A DNA stretch of 64,000 nt from an uncultured Hormoscilla sp. (lineage in GTDB: Bacteria > Cyanobacteriota > Cyanobacteriia > Cyanobacteriales > Desertifilaceae): assembly GCA_963921275.4 (NCBI GenBank), contig OZ001293.3, forward strand, positions 1,344,001 to 1,408,000. Reading direction: 5' to 3'. A program made the translations under genes and the position numbers. Each line of letters begins with the position of its first letter. Within the stretch, counting starts at the first letter, position 1. The notes under the pieces were generated by a model. The model was not told the origin of the DNA, did no database searches, and worked only from the letters and a program-made list of their open reading frames with translations. This document shows positions 55,034 to 64,000 of this stretch, one piece after another.

Positions 55034-55489
55034 ATGGCTATTAAAGTTGGCAGTAATTTTCAATCAATGATAGAAAAGCAGGGCTATATCACTGCCTCTG
55101 CAGCACAGTGTAAATTATCTGTAGATGAACAAGAAGCTTTTAGTGAACTCCAAAAATGTTGGAATAACCTTGAGTTAGATAAGTATTACGGAGAAGCGCA
55201 TCCTTCTAACTATCGTATTCGACGTTACAGTGACTTTATTTATGTACCAACTACAGGAGAGTTACACCCCAAGGAACATGTGGCATACTATCAAAGCGAA
55301 CGCCAAAACTCTTATGCGGGCGGTAAAACACGTCACTTTGGCGATATTTTGCCCGAAACTTACGAAAACACTTTTCTCCAAGACCTGGTTAAATATGACT
55401 TCAATCAGTTTCCAATTCCGGAAGAATACCTCGATCAGGATTGGATTTGCCAAATTCATATGATTCGCATTGTCGTAGGTCATAATTAA
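55034..55489 (+). pseudogene. 2OG-Fe(II) dioxygenase-family (PF10014-like) protein, truncated before the HxD motif
   Basis: LDKYY...YRIRRYSDF...YQS...N...GG..RHF...QIHMIRI, then stop. Confidence 0.6.
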
Positions 55490-55493
55490 AGTG

Positions 55494-55604
55494 GCGCATT
55501 ATAAAATGACCCCCCTAGAATTTAAAACTTCCATGTCTCAATTCATTGCGGAACATGGGGTTCAGATTGTCGGTGGTTGCTGCGGTACGCGCCCAGAACA
55601 TATC
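55494..55604 (+). pseudogene. metH: Methionine synthase homocysteine-binding domain fragment
   Basis: AHYKMTPLEF...GVQIVGGCCGTRPEHI. Confidence 0.75.
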
Positions 55605-55959
55605 CCGCTTCCCAGGTTAAAGCGCTAGGGTTGGGTGAGGTTGTATGGGATACCAAATAATTGGGACATGAGCCCCATAACCCTTGAATTGTAGTTAAAA
55701 ATGGATCGCTGCGCGACTACGGATTCAGGAGGGCCTTAAATTACTCCTTATTTTAGGGTAATTAACCGGATTTGATATAAACTAGGCTTTTAGCATTCAA
55801 CAATCTGAACAAAAGCTAATAAAGCTTGGCTCAAGTCAAGAAGTTTGCTATTATTTCAGAGTGTTGATAACTAAAGTATGATTTCCAGGAATTTTATATA
55901 TTTTTCCGGAAATATATTCTCGCGCGTGGTATAATATTGATAGTGCAAACAAAAACATC

Positions 55960-56547
55960 ATGAGATATGCCACACCGAGAGAAGCGTCACAAGTCCTTCA
56001 GGTCTCGGAAAAAACACTCCGAAACTGGGATAGAGACGGAAAAATACAGACAATTAGAACTCCCGCTGGTCATCGACGATACGACATCGACTCCGTCATT
56101 AATCCAGACGGCTCCCCAAGAATCAGAATCCTCTACGCCAGAGTCAGTTCATATAAGCAAAAGTCAGACCTTGAACGGCAAGCCGACTATTTGCAATCCT
56201 TGTTCACAGACGGAAAACTTGTCAAGGAAATCGGATCAGGACTCAACTACAAACGCAAAGGGTTTTTATCCATTCTGGGACAAGTCATGTCAGGAGATGT
56301 CAAAGAAGTTGTGGTCTGCCACAAAGACAGACTTGTCAGGTTTGGACTTGACCTTATCGAGTGGCTCTGTCAACAAAAAGATTGCCAACTCATGGTTCTC
56401 AACCGAAGTGACCTATCTCCAGAACGAGAAATGGTTGAGGATATCCTTGCCATCGTCCATGTCTTCAGTTGCAGACTCTATGGACTCAGGAAGTACAAAT
56501 CTGCTATCAAAGAAGATTCGAGTTTACCCAGAAACGGCATTAGCTAA
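55960..56547 (+). CDS. tnpA: IS607 TnpA serine recombinase
   Basis: MerR-like HTH, YARVSS, EIGSG, DRLVRFG, FSCRLYG. Confidence 0.93.
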   Translation: MRYATPREASQVLQVSEKTLRNWDRDGKIQTIRTPAGHRRYDIDSVINPDGSPRIRILYARVSSYKQKSDLERQADYLQSLFTDGKLVKEIGSGLNYKRKGFLSILGQVMSGDVKEVVVCHKDRLVRFGLDLIEWLCQQKDCQLMVLNRSDLSPEREMVEDILAIVHVFSCRLYGLRKYKSAIKEDSSLPRNGIS

Positions 56548-57657
56548 AACCTGGTTTCAATGGATATCAGCAGCCAGATGGTGCTTCAATCAAGCCATTG
56601 CTATACTCAAAAATCAGAAGATTGGCAAATATGACCTACGCAAAACGGTCATGGATATGGCTCCATCTTGGGTAAGTCAAACCCCATATAGCCCACGCCA
56701 ATTGGCGGTATTTCAGGCTTATGAGGCACACAAAGCAGCAAGAAAATCAGGAGGAGATGCTAAATTTTGCTCAGTACGTGAATCTGTTAAGTCCATCGGT
56801 TTCAGAAAAATAACTGGAAAAAAGGAAATTTTTATCCAACACAGACCAAAGGATTAAGGTTCAAAGCAAGTGAGCCAATTATAGACAAAATGCACCATGA
56901 GCCTACATTGGTACTAGACAGAGGACGTTGGTTTATCTGTTATGCCATAGACGTGCCTAAACTGGAACCATTAAACAGTGAGCTAGCCATCGCCCTTGAT
57001 CCAGGTGTCAGGACATTTCTAACTGGGTTTGACGGTCAAGAAATTTGGGAGGTTGGCAAGTCTGATATGGGTCGTATCTATCGGTTAGCCAGTCATCTCG
57101 ATCGGCTAATGTCTCGAATCGGCTTATCTAAAGGACGCCAATTTAAGCGGCTACGGCACTGCCTGCGAAAGGCGGCACAAAAGATTCGGGTTAAGATTCG
57201 TAACTTGGTTGATGAACTGCATAAGAAAGCAGCCAACTATCTATGCACCAAGTACAAAGTCATATTTTTGCCTACATTTGAGGTTAAAAATATGGTCAAA
57301 CGAGGCAAGCGACGGTTGTCAACTAAGACAGCACGTAAAATGGTTACATGGTCTCATTACCGTTTTAAGCAAACGTTGAAGCATCAAGCAGCTAAATACG
57401 GCTGTGTTGTAGTAGACGTGACGGAAGAGTACACCAGCAAAACTTGCTCAAAATGTGGGCACATTCACATAAAGTTAGGAGGCAACAAACGATTTATTTG
57501 TCCCTCATGTGGTCACACTATTAGTCGTGATATTAATGGCGCTTTCAACATTTTGTTGAAGGCTTTGAGAGATACCTCCGCATCTGGCCTGATAGCTTCA
57601 TTCCAGATTGTGCCATACTCAGAAATTTCCGGCAATTACAAGATTTTTTCGGGTTAA
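56480..57657 (+). pseudogene. tnpB: TnpB RNA-guided nuclease, frameshifted near 56800
   Basis: KIRVYP HTH; ALDPG, TSKTCSKCG, CPSCG, RDINGAFNI RuvC/Zn motifs. Confidence 0.88.
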
Positions 57658-57753
57658 ATGTATCTGCTTAGTAGTTCAGCTAAACTTGGCCGTTACGTGT
57701 GAAAATATCTGCCGACTACATTTGGGAAAGCTTTTGTTTTTAGGAGTATTCTC

Positions 57754-59482
57754 ATGGAAAGAAGAAAGAGTGGATATCCCTACGAGCTAAAGAAAGTAAA
57801 GAAAGAGACATGGAGAGATTCACCTGCTCAAATGAATGAAGATGGGAATCTTATTATTCAGGGACGGTCAGTTATGGAAGGCTGGCAGAAAGATTATATG
57901 GCAGAGTTTGCCAAAGTAGTTACTCAGAATGGAGGAAAAATATTAGAAGTAGGATTTGGAATGGGTTTATCTGCATCGTTTATTCAACAGTATGATAACT
58001 CAAGTTGCGACCTATAAAAATTGGATACAAAAAGCTATGATAAAGAGAATTATTTTCAACTCTAATCCCTTAGATGTAACAGCATGAATTGACTTGGGAA
58101 CAAATTGGTGATTCGACTAAAACAGGTTTCAACTTGTTTTCTTGTTACTTTTTGTATATATTCAAAACAAGAATATTCTTTTCTTTTTGAGTTCTTTTTT
58201 CGCAAAGGTTTTAACATTATACTTGACGACTCTTTTAGTAAATCCTCTAATTGATAATCATTATAAGCTTTATCTCCATAAACTATTGAATTTGATGGTA
58301 AGTCAAAGCCAAAAGATTGCAAAACTTTAACATCATTATAACTACCAGGATCTAGATAAAATTCTATTGGCTTTCCATTTTTGTTTACCAACATATGAAC
58401 TCTTAATCCATAAAAATAACGTTTTTTACTGGCAATATACCCTCGATATTCTTCCTTGTTATAAATTTGGCATCTATCAATCCTAATATTATCACATACT
58501 GGCACCGGGAAACTATCAAGAATATATTCTTGACCCGGATTGAGCTCTTTAAATGTTTGAGCTATAACTTGGAAGAAAAACATCCAAATTGGTTCGTCAA
58601 TATTGTGTAATCGACGATTGAACCTACTTTTACTTAACAGATTTTTTATATACTTGTGTTGGACCATAAATTGACAAGAGCGATCGTGGTGTCCTCCGAA
58701 AAAATATGCAGCAACTAATCCGACTGTCATCACTTCGGCATTGTTCATTTTTACTTGTGGATCTTCTTTTATATTTAACGCTTTTAGTAGCTCGTCACAA
58801 AGAACAAAAATTGTTGTAATCATATCTTCCATCATCTACATCCCCCAGCAATTAACTATTATTTTAGTACATTATAACCTATAAACAGCCAACCCGCCGT
58901 TTAGCACAAAAAAAATATAATTTTGTATCAAAAGCTACGAAATATCCCAAATATCTGTAAAGTCTAAGTGGGTAATTCATATTTTTTTTAATAGGTCGCA
59001 ACTTAGGTTATGATATTACTGAGCACATCATAATTGAACCCAATGATGATGTTTATAGAAATCTAGAGTCATTTGCGAGAAATGCAAAAAACAAGGTTAG
59101 CCCTGTTTATGGTATGTGGCAAGATGTAATCAAGGATATCGAAAAGTTTTCTGATGAGACGTATGATGGTATTTTCTTTGATGGCTCCCCTTTTGATGAA
59201 ATTGAACTACATCATCGTCAATTCCATTTTGGTAAACATGCCCATAGGTTGCTTAAAAAGGGTGGAATTTATAGTTATTGCAACTTGTGCTCGATAGGAG
59301 TCCTGAAAGATAATTACGATAGTTGGGAAAAGCTGTTCGAAGAGACACAAATACCTTACTTAAAGGAAATAGGGTTTGAGTCGAGCGAAATAGGTTTTAA
59401 AATCATGAATGTCAGGCCTTCTGATAATCATCCAAAGTACTCGCATTTGACGGCTATTATTCCATGGTTAGTAAAGACCTAA
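57754..59482 (+). pseudogene. Guanidinoacetate N-methyltransferase (GAMT/RMT2)-like gene interrupted by IS982
   Basis: VMEGWQKDYM, ILEVGFGMG, EHIIIEPND, GMWQDV, DGIFFD, LLKKGGIYSYCNL, LFEETQIP; removing the IS rejoins the frame (QQYD/ITEH). Confidence 0.85.
57998..59008 (-). mobile_element. IS982-family element, 1011 bp, 7-bp TSD TATGATA; transposase 58062..58835 frameshifted near its C-terminus
   Basis: IRs ACTCAAGTTGCGACCTAT / ATAGGTCGCAACTTAGGT; SRFNRR, DSFPVPVC, YFYGLRVH, GDKAY, RKQVET. Confidence 0.93.
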
Positions 59483-59499
59483 GAATTTGTTTGGGAATA

Positions 59500-59715
59500 A
59501 TATCAAATCCGGTTAATTAACCTAAAAAAAAATCCTCCCGTAGGACGGGCGTCCCGCCTGTCCGTCAGCCTGGATAAGGACAGGCGGGACGCCCGTCCTA
59601 CGGGGGGTTACAAATTTTTGTATAGGTATTTAATCAGCCTGGATAAGGACAGGCGGGACGCCCGTCCTACGGGGGGTTACAAGTTTTTGTATGGGTATTT
59701 AACCGGATTCGATAT
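59500..59715. mobile_element. MITE-like element holding three GTAGGACGGGCGTCCCGCCTGTCC REP palindromes
   Basis: Ends ATATCAAATCCGGTTAA / TTAACCGGATTCGATAT; the same end occurs at about 55762-55778. Confidence 0.65.
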
Positions 59716-60164
59716 AAGCACCTAGAAGGTATCTATATTGAGGGTCGTCATAAACTAAAGCCTGACTGTGTCTATGTGTAGCGTCCCCAAGACGAAAAAC
59801 TAGATAGATGGGGATGGTATTCAGCGACAAGTTCCCTAAGGACTCCCTTTCCGGCCTTAGATTGATTATAGACTCTTGCCTATAATCTCAGGCATTACGG
59901 GATTTAGAGATGTTTTGATACACAATAAAAACTTGAAACAATTCTGGCTCTATCGTCCAAGCTATGCTGTTGGGCTTCAGAATCGCCTGTCACCGTTGCA
60001 GGCAAGAGATTTCAGGTTTTTGTTAGAATTAAATTGATGAATCCCTTGCCATGCAAGGGTTCTCATTTAGTTCCTAGTTCCCTTTGCATACTCCAGACGA
60101 TAGAGCCACAATCTTTCATATTAAATTTTTACTCAATTCTGCATTTTTTCAGGCAAAGCTAGGA

Positions 60165-61298
60165 ATGGATGTAAATCAATCACAAGAGATAGCTGATTTA
60201 ACCCAAGGGAGTCCTGAAGGCGAAGCAACAATAATCGCCAGTCTTCTTTCAGTCTTAAAGGCATTGATTTTAGCAATTGCTGCGGGATATCTCTGCACAT
60301 ACGTTGGAATTCCAGTGGGATGGATGATTGGCCCCTTAATTGTTGGTGTAATGCTTGCATCTTTCGATGTTAATTCAAGACCTCTGCCAGTTGTACTTTT
60401 TACACTCAGTCAAGTTATCATCGGTCTTACTTCTGCAGTCAGATTCTCCCCAGAAACCCTAACTTTAGTTAAGAGCTTTATTCTTCCTATCACACTATGT
60501 ATTCTAGCAACAGTTGTCTGTAGCATGTTTAGTGGTTTTTTGCTATGGCGCTTATCAGGTTTAGATCTTCCAACCAGTCTTTTAGCCTCCATTCCAGGAG
60601 CTTCTTCAGGCATCATTGCAATGAGTGAAGAGTATGGAGCTGAAGTTACTATAGTTGCCATTTTGCAGTACATTCGGGTGATAATGTTAATTATAATAGT
60701 ACCTGAAGTCGGTGAATGGCTAGTTTCAATTCAAGACACTAACACACTTTTTTTTAGTGTAGATATGCCATTGCATGAGTATGAATATTCCTATCCAATA
60801 ATAAATTGGTCGCTGCTAATAGTTTGTGGTTTCCTTGGAACTTTACTGGGAAGAATTATACGGTTTCCAGCTCCCGCTTTTATAGGAAGTTTTTCTCTAG
60901 GTCTGATCGTATTTTTGAGCTTTCCTCACCACTTTTATATGCCTGACTTTGGATTTATTAGTGGCTTGATTTTACTAGGACTAGCTACTGGATTGAAGTT
61001 TGAATGGCATACTATAAAATATATTCAGCGAGCTATTTTTATAGAAATTATCTTAGTCATTGCTTTAATTGCCATTTGCTTGTCAATTGGCTATGATTTT
61101 CATTTAATAACTCAAGTTGATACTATGACATCTCTGTTAGGGTTTATGCCTGGAGCGATCGATGCGATGGTAGCAATAGTAACTCAACTGGGAGGAGATA
61201 CCGGGGCAGTAGTTGCAATTCACATGACTCGGCAATTCCTAATTCTCTTAGTAGTGAATTTTCTGAATGTTCTATACATTCGCCAAATGAAGAGCTAG
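60165..61298 (+). CDS. AbrB-family (putative ammonia monooxygenase-like) membrane protein
   Basis: GWMIGPL, ASIPGASSG, QYIRV, MPGAIDAM duplicated membrane domain. Confidence 0.85.
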   Translation: MDVNQSQEIADLTQGSPEGEATIIASLLSVLKALILAIAAGYLCTYVGIPVGWMIGPLIVGVMLASFDVNSRPLPVVLFTLSQVIIGLTSAVRFSPETLTLVKSFILPITLCILATVVCSMFSGFLLWRLSGLDLPTSLLASIPGASSGIIAMSEEYGAEVTIVAILQYIRVIMLIIIVPEVGEWLVSIQDTNTLFFSVDMPLHEYEYSYPIINWSLLIVCGFLGTLLGRIIRFPAPAFIGSFSLGLIVFLSFPHHFYMPDFGFISGLILLGLATGLKFEWHTIKYIQRAIFIEIILVIALIAICLSIGYDFHLITQVDTMTSLLGFMPGAIDAMVAIVTQLGGDTGAVVAIHMTRQFLILLVVNFLNVLYIRQMKS

Positions 61299-62200
61299 GG
61301 ATTGGATTAAGTGTTAGCGAATAGTCTTGTAGAGGTCATTAACAATAGTGTACAGATCGCAAGTACGATCGCTCTCGTAGGGTGGCGCGATTCGTGCTCC
61401 TGTGTCGCAAAAGATTTCTATCCGAGCTAAAAGCCTTTGCCTGCTGCGTTTTAAGGCTTGTTGCCATCTCAAATCAAAATATTTGTCTGCTGCGTTTGAG
61501 CTTCTCTGTTGCGTAGATTAACATCCCAAGTCTGCTTCGCCTGAAGTTTTGGTAGAGCTGTTTGGTTTGTGGTCAATTTCATCACAAGTCTTAAGTTGTG
61601 CAAATGAGATGTAGTTAAGATTAGTCGAGTCTGCTATGGTTTGTAGAACTTGTGTATAGAAGTCTTGAATTTGGTTGCTTCAACACGCCACAGGAGCGGA
61701 TGCTTAGGGGATAGCGTCTGGTTTTCCCGAAGCTTGGTCTCGTGCCGCTCAGTTCAACCGTTAACATCCCTATTCCCAGGTTAAAGCGGTGGAGGTGGGT
61801 GGCAGAGCGATCGTGATGTTGCATTGGTGGGCGATCGTTCCAGTGCGATCAAATGATCTTGTAGGATGCGTTAGCGGCAGCGTAATGCATCGCAAATTTA
61901 CTCACATTATCCTCGACTTTTCTGTGTCTAACCAGGGTAATGCACCAGACAGCTTGGCAATCTACTGCCCTGACACAGTTAAAATAGTGCATTAGATTTT
62001 AACTCAAATCCATAACTAATCTAGGCTATAGCGATTTTCTAATGCACTAAATTAGCTGTGCCACGCTACTACTTGGTTCTTACCCAACAAATCCATAGCC
62101 GTCGGTGGGCACGATCGTTAGGTAGGATAATCTTCTATTTAAGTTTTTGGGTAAAATTATAGATTAGTATCTGATCTGGTAGATTGAGAGGTAAGCCTAG

Positions 62201-62764
62201 ATGGTACAAACACCATACAAACTGCTTACATTAGCAGAGTTTCTGAAATTGCCAGAAATAGAGCCTGCAAATGAATATATTGATGGACAGATTATCCAGA
62301 AACCAATGCCCCAAGGGAAACACAGTGCAATTCAAGGGGAATTTGTTCCTGCCATCAACAGTACAGTCAAAACTAAGCGTATTGCTCGCGCCTTTCCTGA
62401 GCTACGTTGTACCTTTGGTGGTCGTTCAACTGTTCCTGATATTGGTGTTTTTACTTGGGATCGGATTCCCCGTGATGAGAACGGGGAGATTGCCAATGCC
62501 TTCAACATAGCACCAGATTGGACAATTGAAATCTTGTCTCCCGATCAAAATCAGACAAAAGTCACAAAAAATATTTTGCACTGTCTGAAGCATGGAACTC
62601 AGATGGGTTGGTTAATCGATCCAAGTGAACAGACTGTGTTTGTCTATCGTCCTGGCCAAGAAATTGAAGTATTCGACCAGCCAGATTCGATTCTTCCAAT
62701 GCCGCCCTTTGTTAGTGCTCTATGCCTTACAGTTAAGGATTTATTTTCTTGGTTATTGGAGTAA
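62201..62764 (+). CDS. Uma2-family endonuclease
   Basis: EYIDG..KPMPQGKHS, VPDI, PDWTIEILSP, GWLIDP. Confidence 0.9.
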   Translation: MVQTPYKLLTLAEFLKLPEIEPANEYIDGQIIQKPMPQGKHSAIQGEFVPAINSTVKTKRIARAFPELRCTFGGRSTVPDIGVFTWDRIPRDENGEIANAFNIAPDWTIEILSPDQNQTKVTKNILHCLKHGTQMGWLIDPSEQTVFVYRPGQEIEVFDQPDSILPMPPFVSALCLTVKDLFSWLLE

Positions 62765-63157
62765 GATGAGATCCCAGGACAGGCTGACGCCATAGAATTC
62801 CAAGTCCGATCGCTGCCACGACCAACTCAATCACAGTTGCCATCAGCAAACTATTAGAGGGCACTCCATCCAGGGACAGACCCACCAAACGCGAGAGGCC
62901 GAACGAGCCGTAAACCAGGACAGTCAGCATTAGAGCCATCGATCGCAGATTGTGACGAAAGGCTCCGGCCAGGATAAGCAGAGCACTGGTCGCCAGCAAC
63001 CCGCCGGGGGCGCGGATTCTGAGAGCAGGTTGGGGTCATTCCCCAGGATAATCCCGTCACTGGCGTAGAAGGCATGGGGAACAAACAAGATGGTGCCGCC
63101 AATGGCTAGCAGCAGTAAGCCAGATACAGAAAGAAAAGTGATCGTCAAAGGTTTCAT
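62733..63157 (-). pseudogene. DUF4345-like membrane protein, frameshifted near 63015
   Basis: DPNLLSE/xRAPGGLL junction; YGSFGLSRLVGLSLDGVP. Confidence 0.65.
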
Positions 63158-64000
63158 GCAACGTTCCTCCAGGTCGTCAGGTTTGCGAACTCACGGGCAA
63201 AATCAGCAAAATCTTTGGGTGGATGCCCCAGCGATCGCTGCACTCCATCCGCTACATAGGCGTTACGGCCATCCAACACCGTGCCAAACAGATGGTCCAT
63301 CAGCCAGACCATATGCTTAGGTGCCCCGGATTCTGCGACTGCGGTTAGGAAAACCTCGTGGGGAATCTGCTGATACTCAAGGGTGCGGCCCAACACCTGG
63401 GAAAGTTCCGCCGCTACTTCTGCAAAGGTCAGCAGACGAGGACCCGTGACGTCATAAATTTCGCCCCCGTGTTGGGGTTGGGTTAGGGCCGCGACGGCCA
63501 CATCGGCAATATCGTCAATGTCCACAAACGGTTCTGGAATATTACCCGCCGGAAGGGTGATGCAACCCGCCTGCACCATGTCTGCAAACGCCCCCTCCGA
63601 AAAGTTCTGGCAAAACCAACTGGCGCGAATGATGGTCCACTCCAGGCCGCTGCGCTGGATTATCGCTTCCCAGTCATGGGCGTCGGCTTCACCACGGCCG
63701 GTCAGCAACACCAACCGACGAACCCCATGGCGCTTGGCGGTGTCTACAAAAGCAGCGATGGTATCGTTGGAGCCGGGGAGCGGGAGATCCGACGGATAGT
63801 TGAGATAAACAGAAGTAACCGCTTCGAGACAGGCATCTTAACGGGTTGGTTGGGTCCAGTCAAAGGCGGGGGTGGCATTACGAGAACCCAGGCGAATGGG
63901 CTGGTTCAGAAGTTGGAGGCGGGAGGTCACCCGCTGTCCGGTTTTGCCCGTGGCGCCAAGGATCAGGGTCAGCCCTTCCGGCGGATGACGTTTCGGATCT
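63154..64000 (-). pseudogene. NmrA-like NAD(P)H-binding protein with in-frame stop; start lies beyond the window
   Basis: LILGATGKTG...FDWTQPTR*DACL (TAA at 63838-63840), RASWFCQNF, FVDIDDIADVA. Confidence 0.8.

Larger units (their letters stand above)
55880..57666 (+). mobile_element. IS607-family element (ends approximate)
   Basis: Serine-recombinase tnpA overlapping tnpB; related TTTCCGG-type short repeats near both ends. Confidence 0.85.

Noticed and set aside
55967..56479. Long N-terminal extension of the 296-aa ORF overlapping tnpA
   Set aside because: Alternate-frame read-through of tnpA; TnpB similarity begins only near 56480
61300..62150. Short ORFs between the AbrB-family gene and Uma2
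   Set aside because: No family motifs recognised; probably degraded sequence

Overview
Window from a cyanobacterial chromosome, probably a filamentous Oscillatoriales-type organism. Support: abundant HIP1 GCGATCGC, heptamer STRR runs, and a cyanobacterial 16S 5' end. Housekeeping genes are intact (grxD, bolA, trmJ, obgE, dacB, ubiD, dnaJ-like, dnaK, recF, argS, nadC, tRNA-Leu-CAA). They are interleaved with heavily decayed accessory DNA: about 20 genes carry in-frame stops, frameshifts, truncations or IS insertions. Mobile and repeat content: a RAYT transposase next to a 5x52-bp REP array, several dispersed REP/MITE families, tiny palindromic repeats inserted in frame into genes, a doubled and truncated group II intron 5' end, IS607 (tnpA/tnpB), IS982 and an IS4 remnant. 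Most interesting candidates: (i) a DUF3800 gene beside tRNA-Leu, bracketed by ~205-bp direct repeats and faced by two copies of a promoter plus ~40-nt hairpin small-RNA unit; (ii) an AT-rich island replacing the rest of an rRNA operon, containing a full-length guanidinoacetate-methyltransferase-like gene split by IS982, plus GNAT, 2OG-Fe and MetH remnants; (iii) an operon of a Rab-like GTPase, a longin-like/TM/BON/OmpA protein and a coiled-coil protein. All family calls come from motif recognition by eye; no database searches were run.
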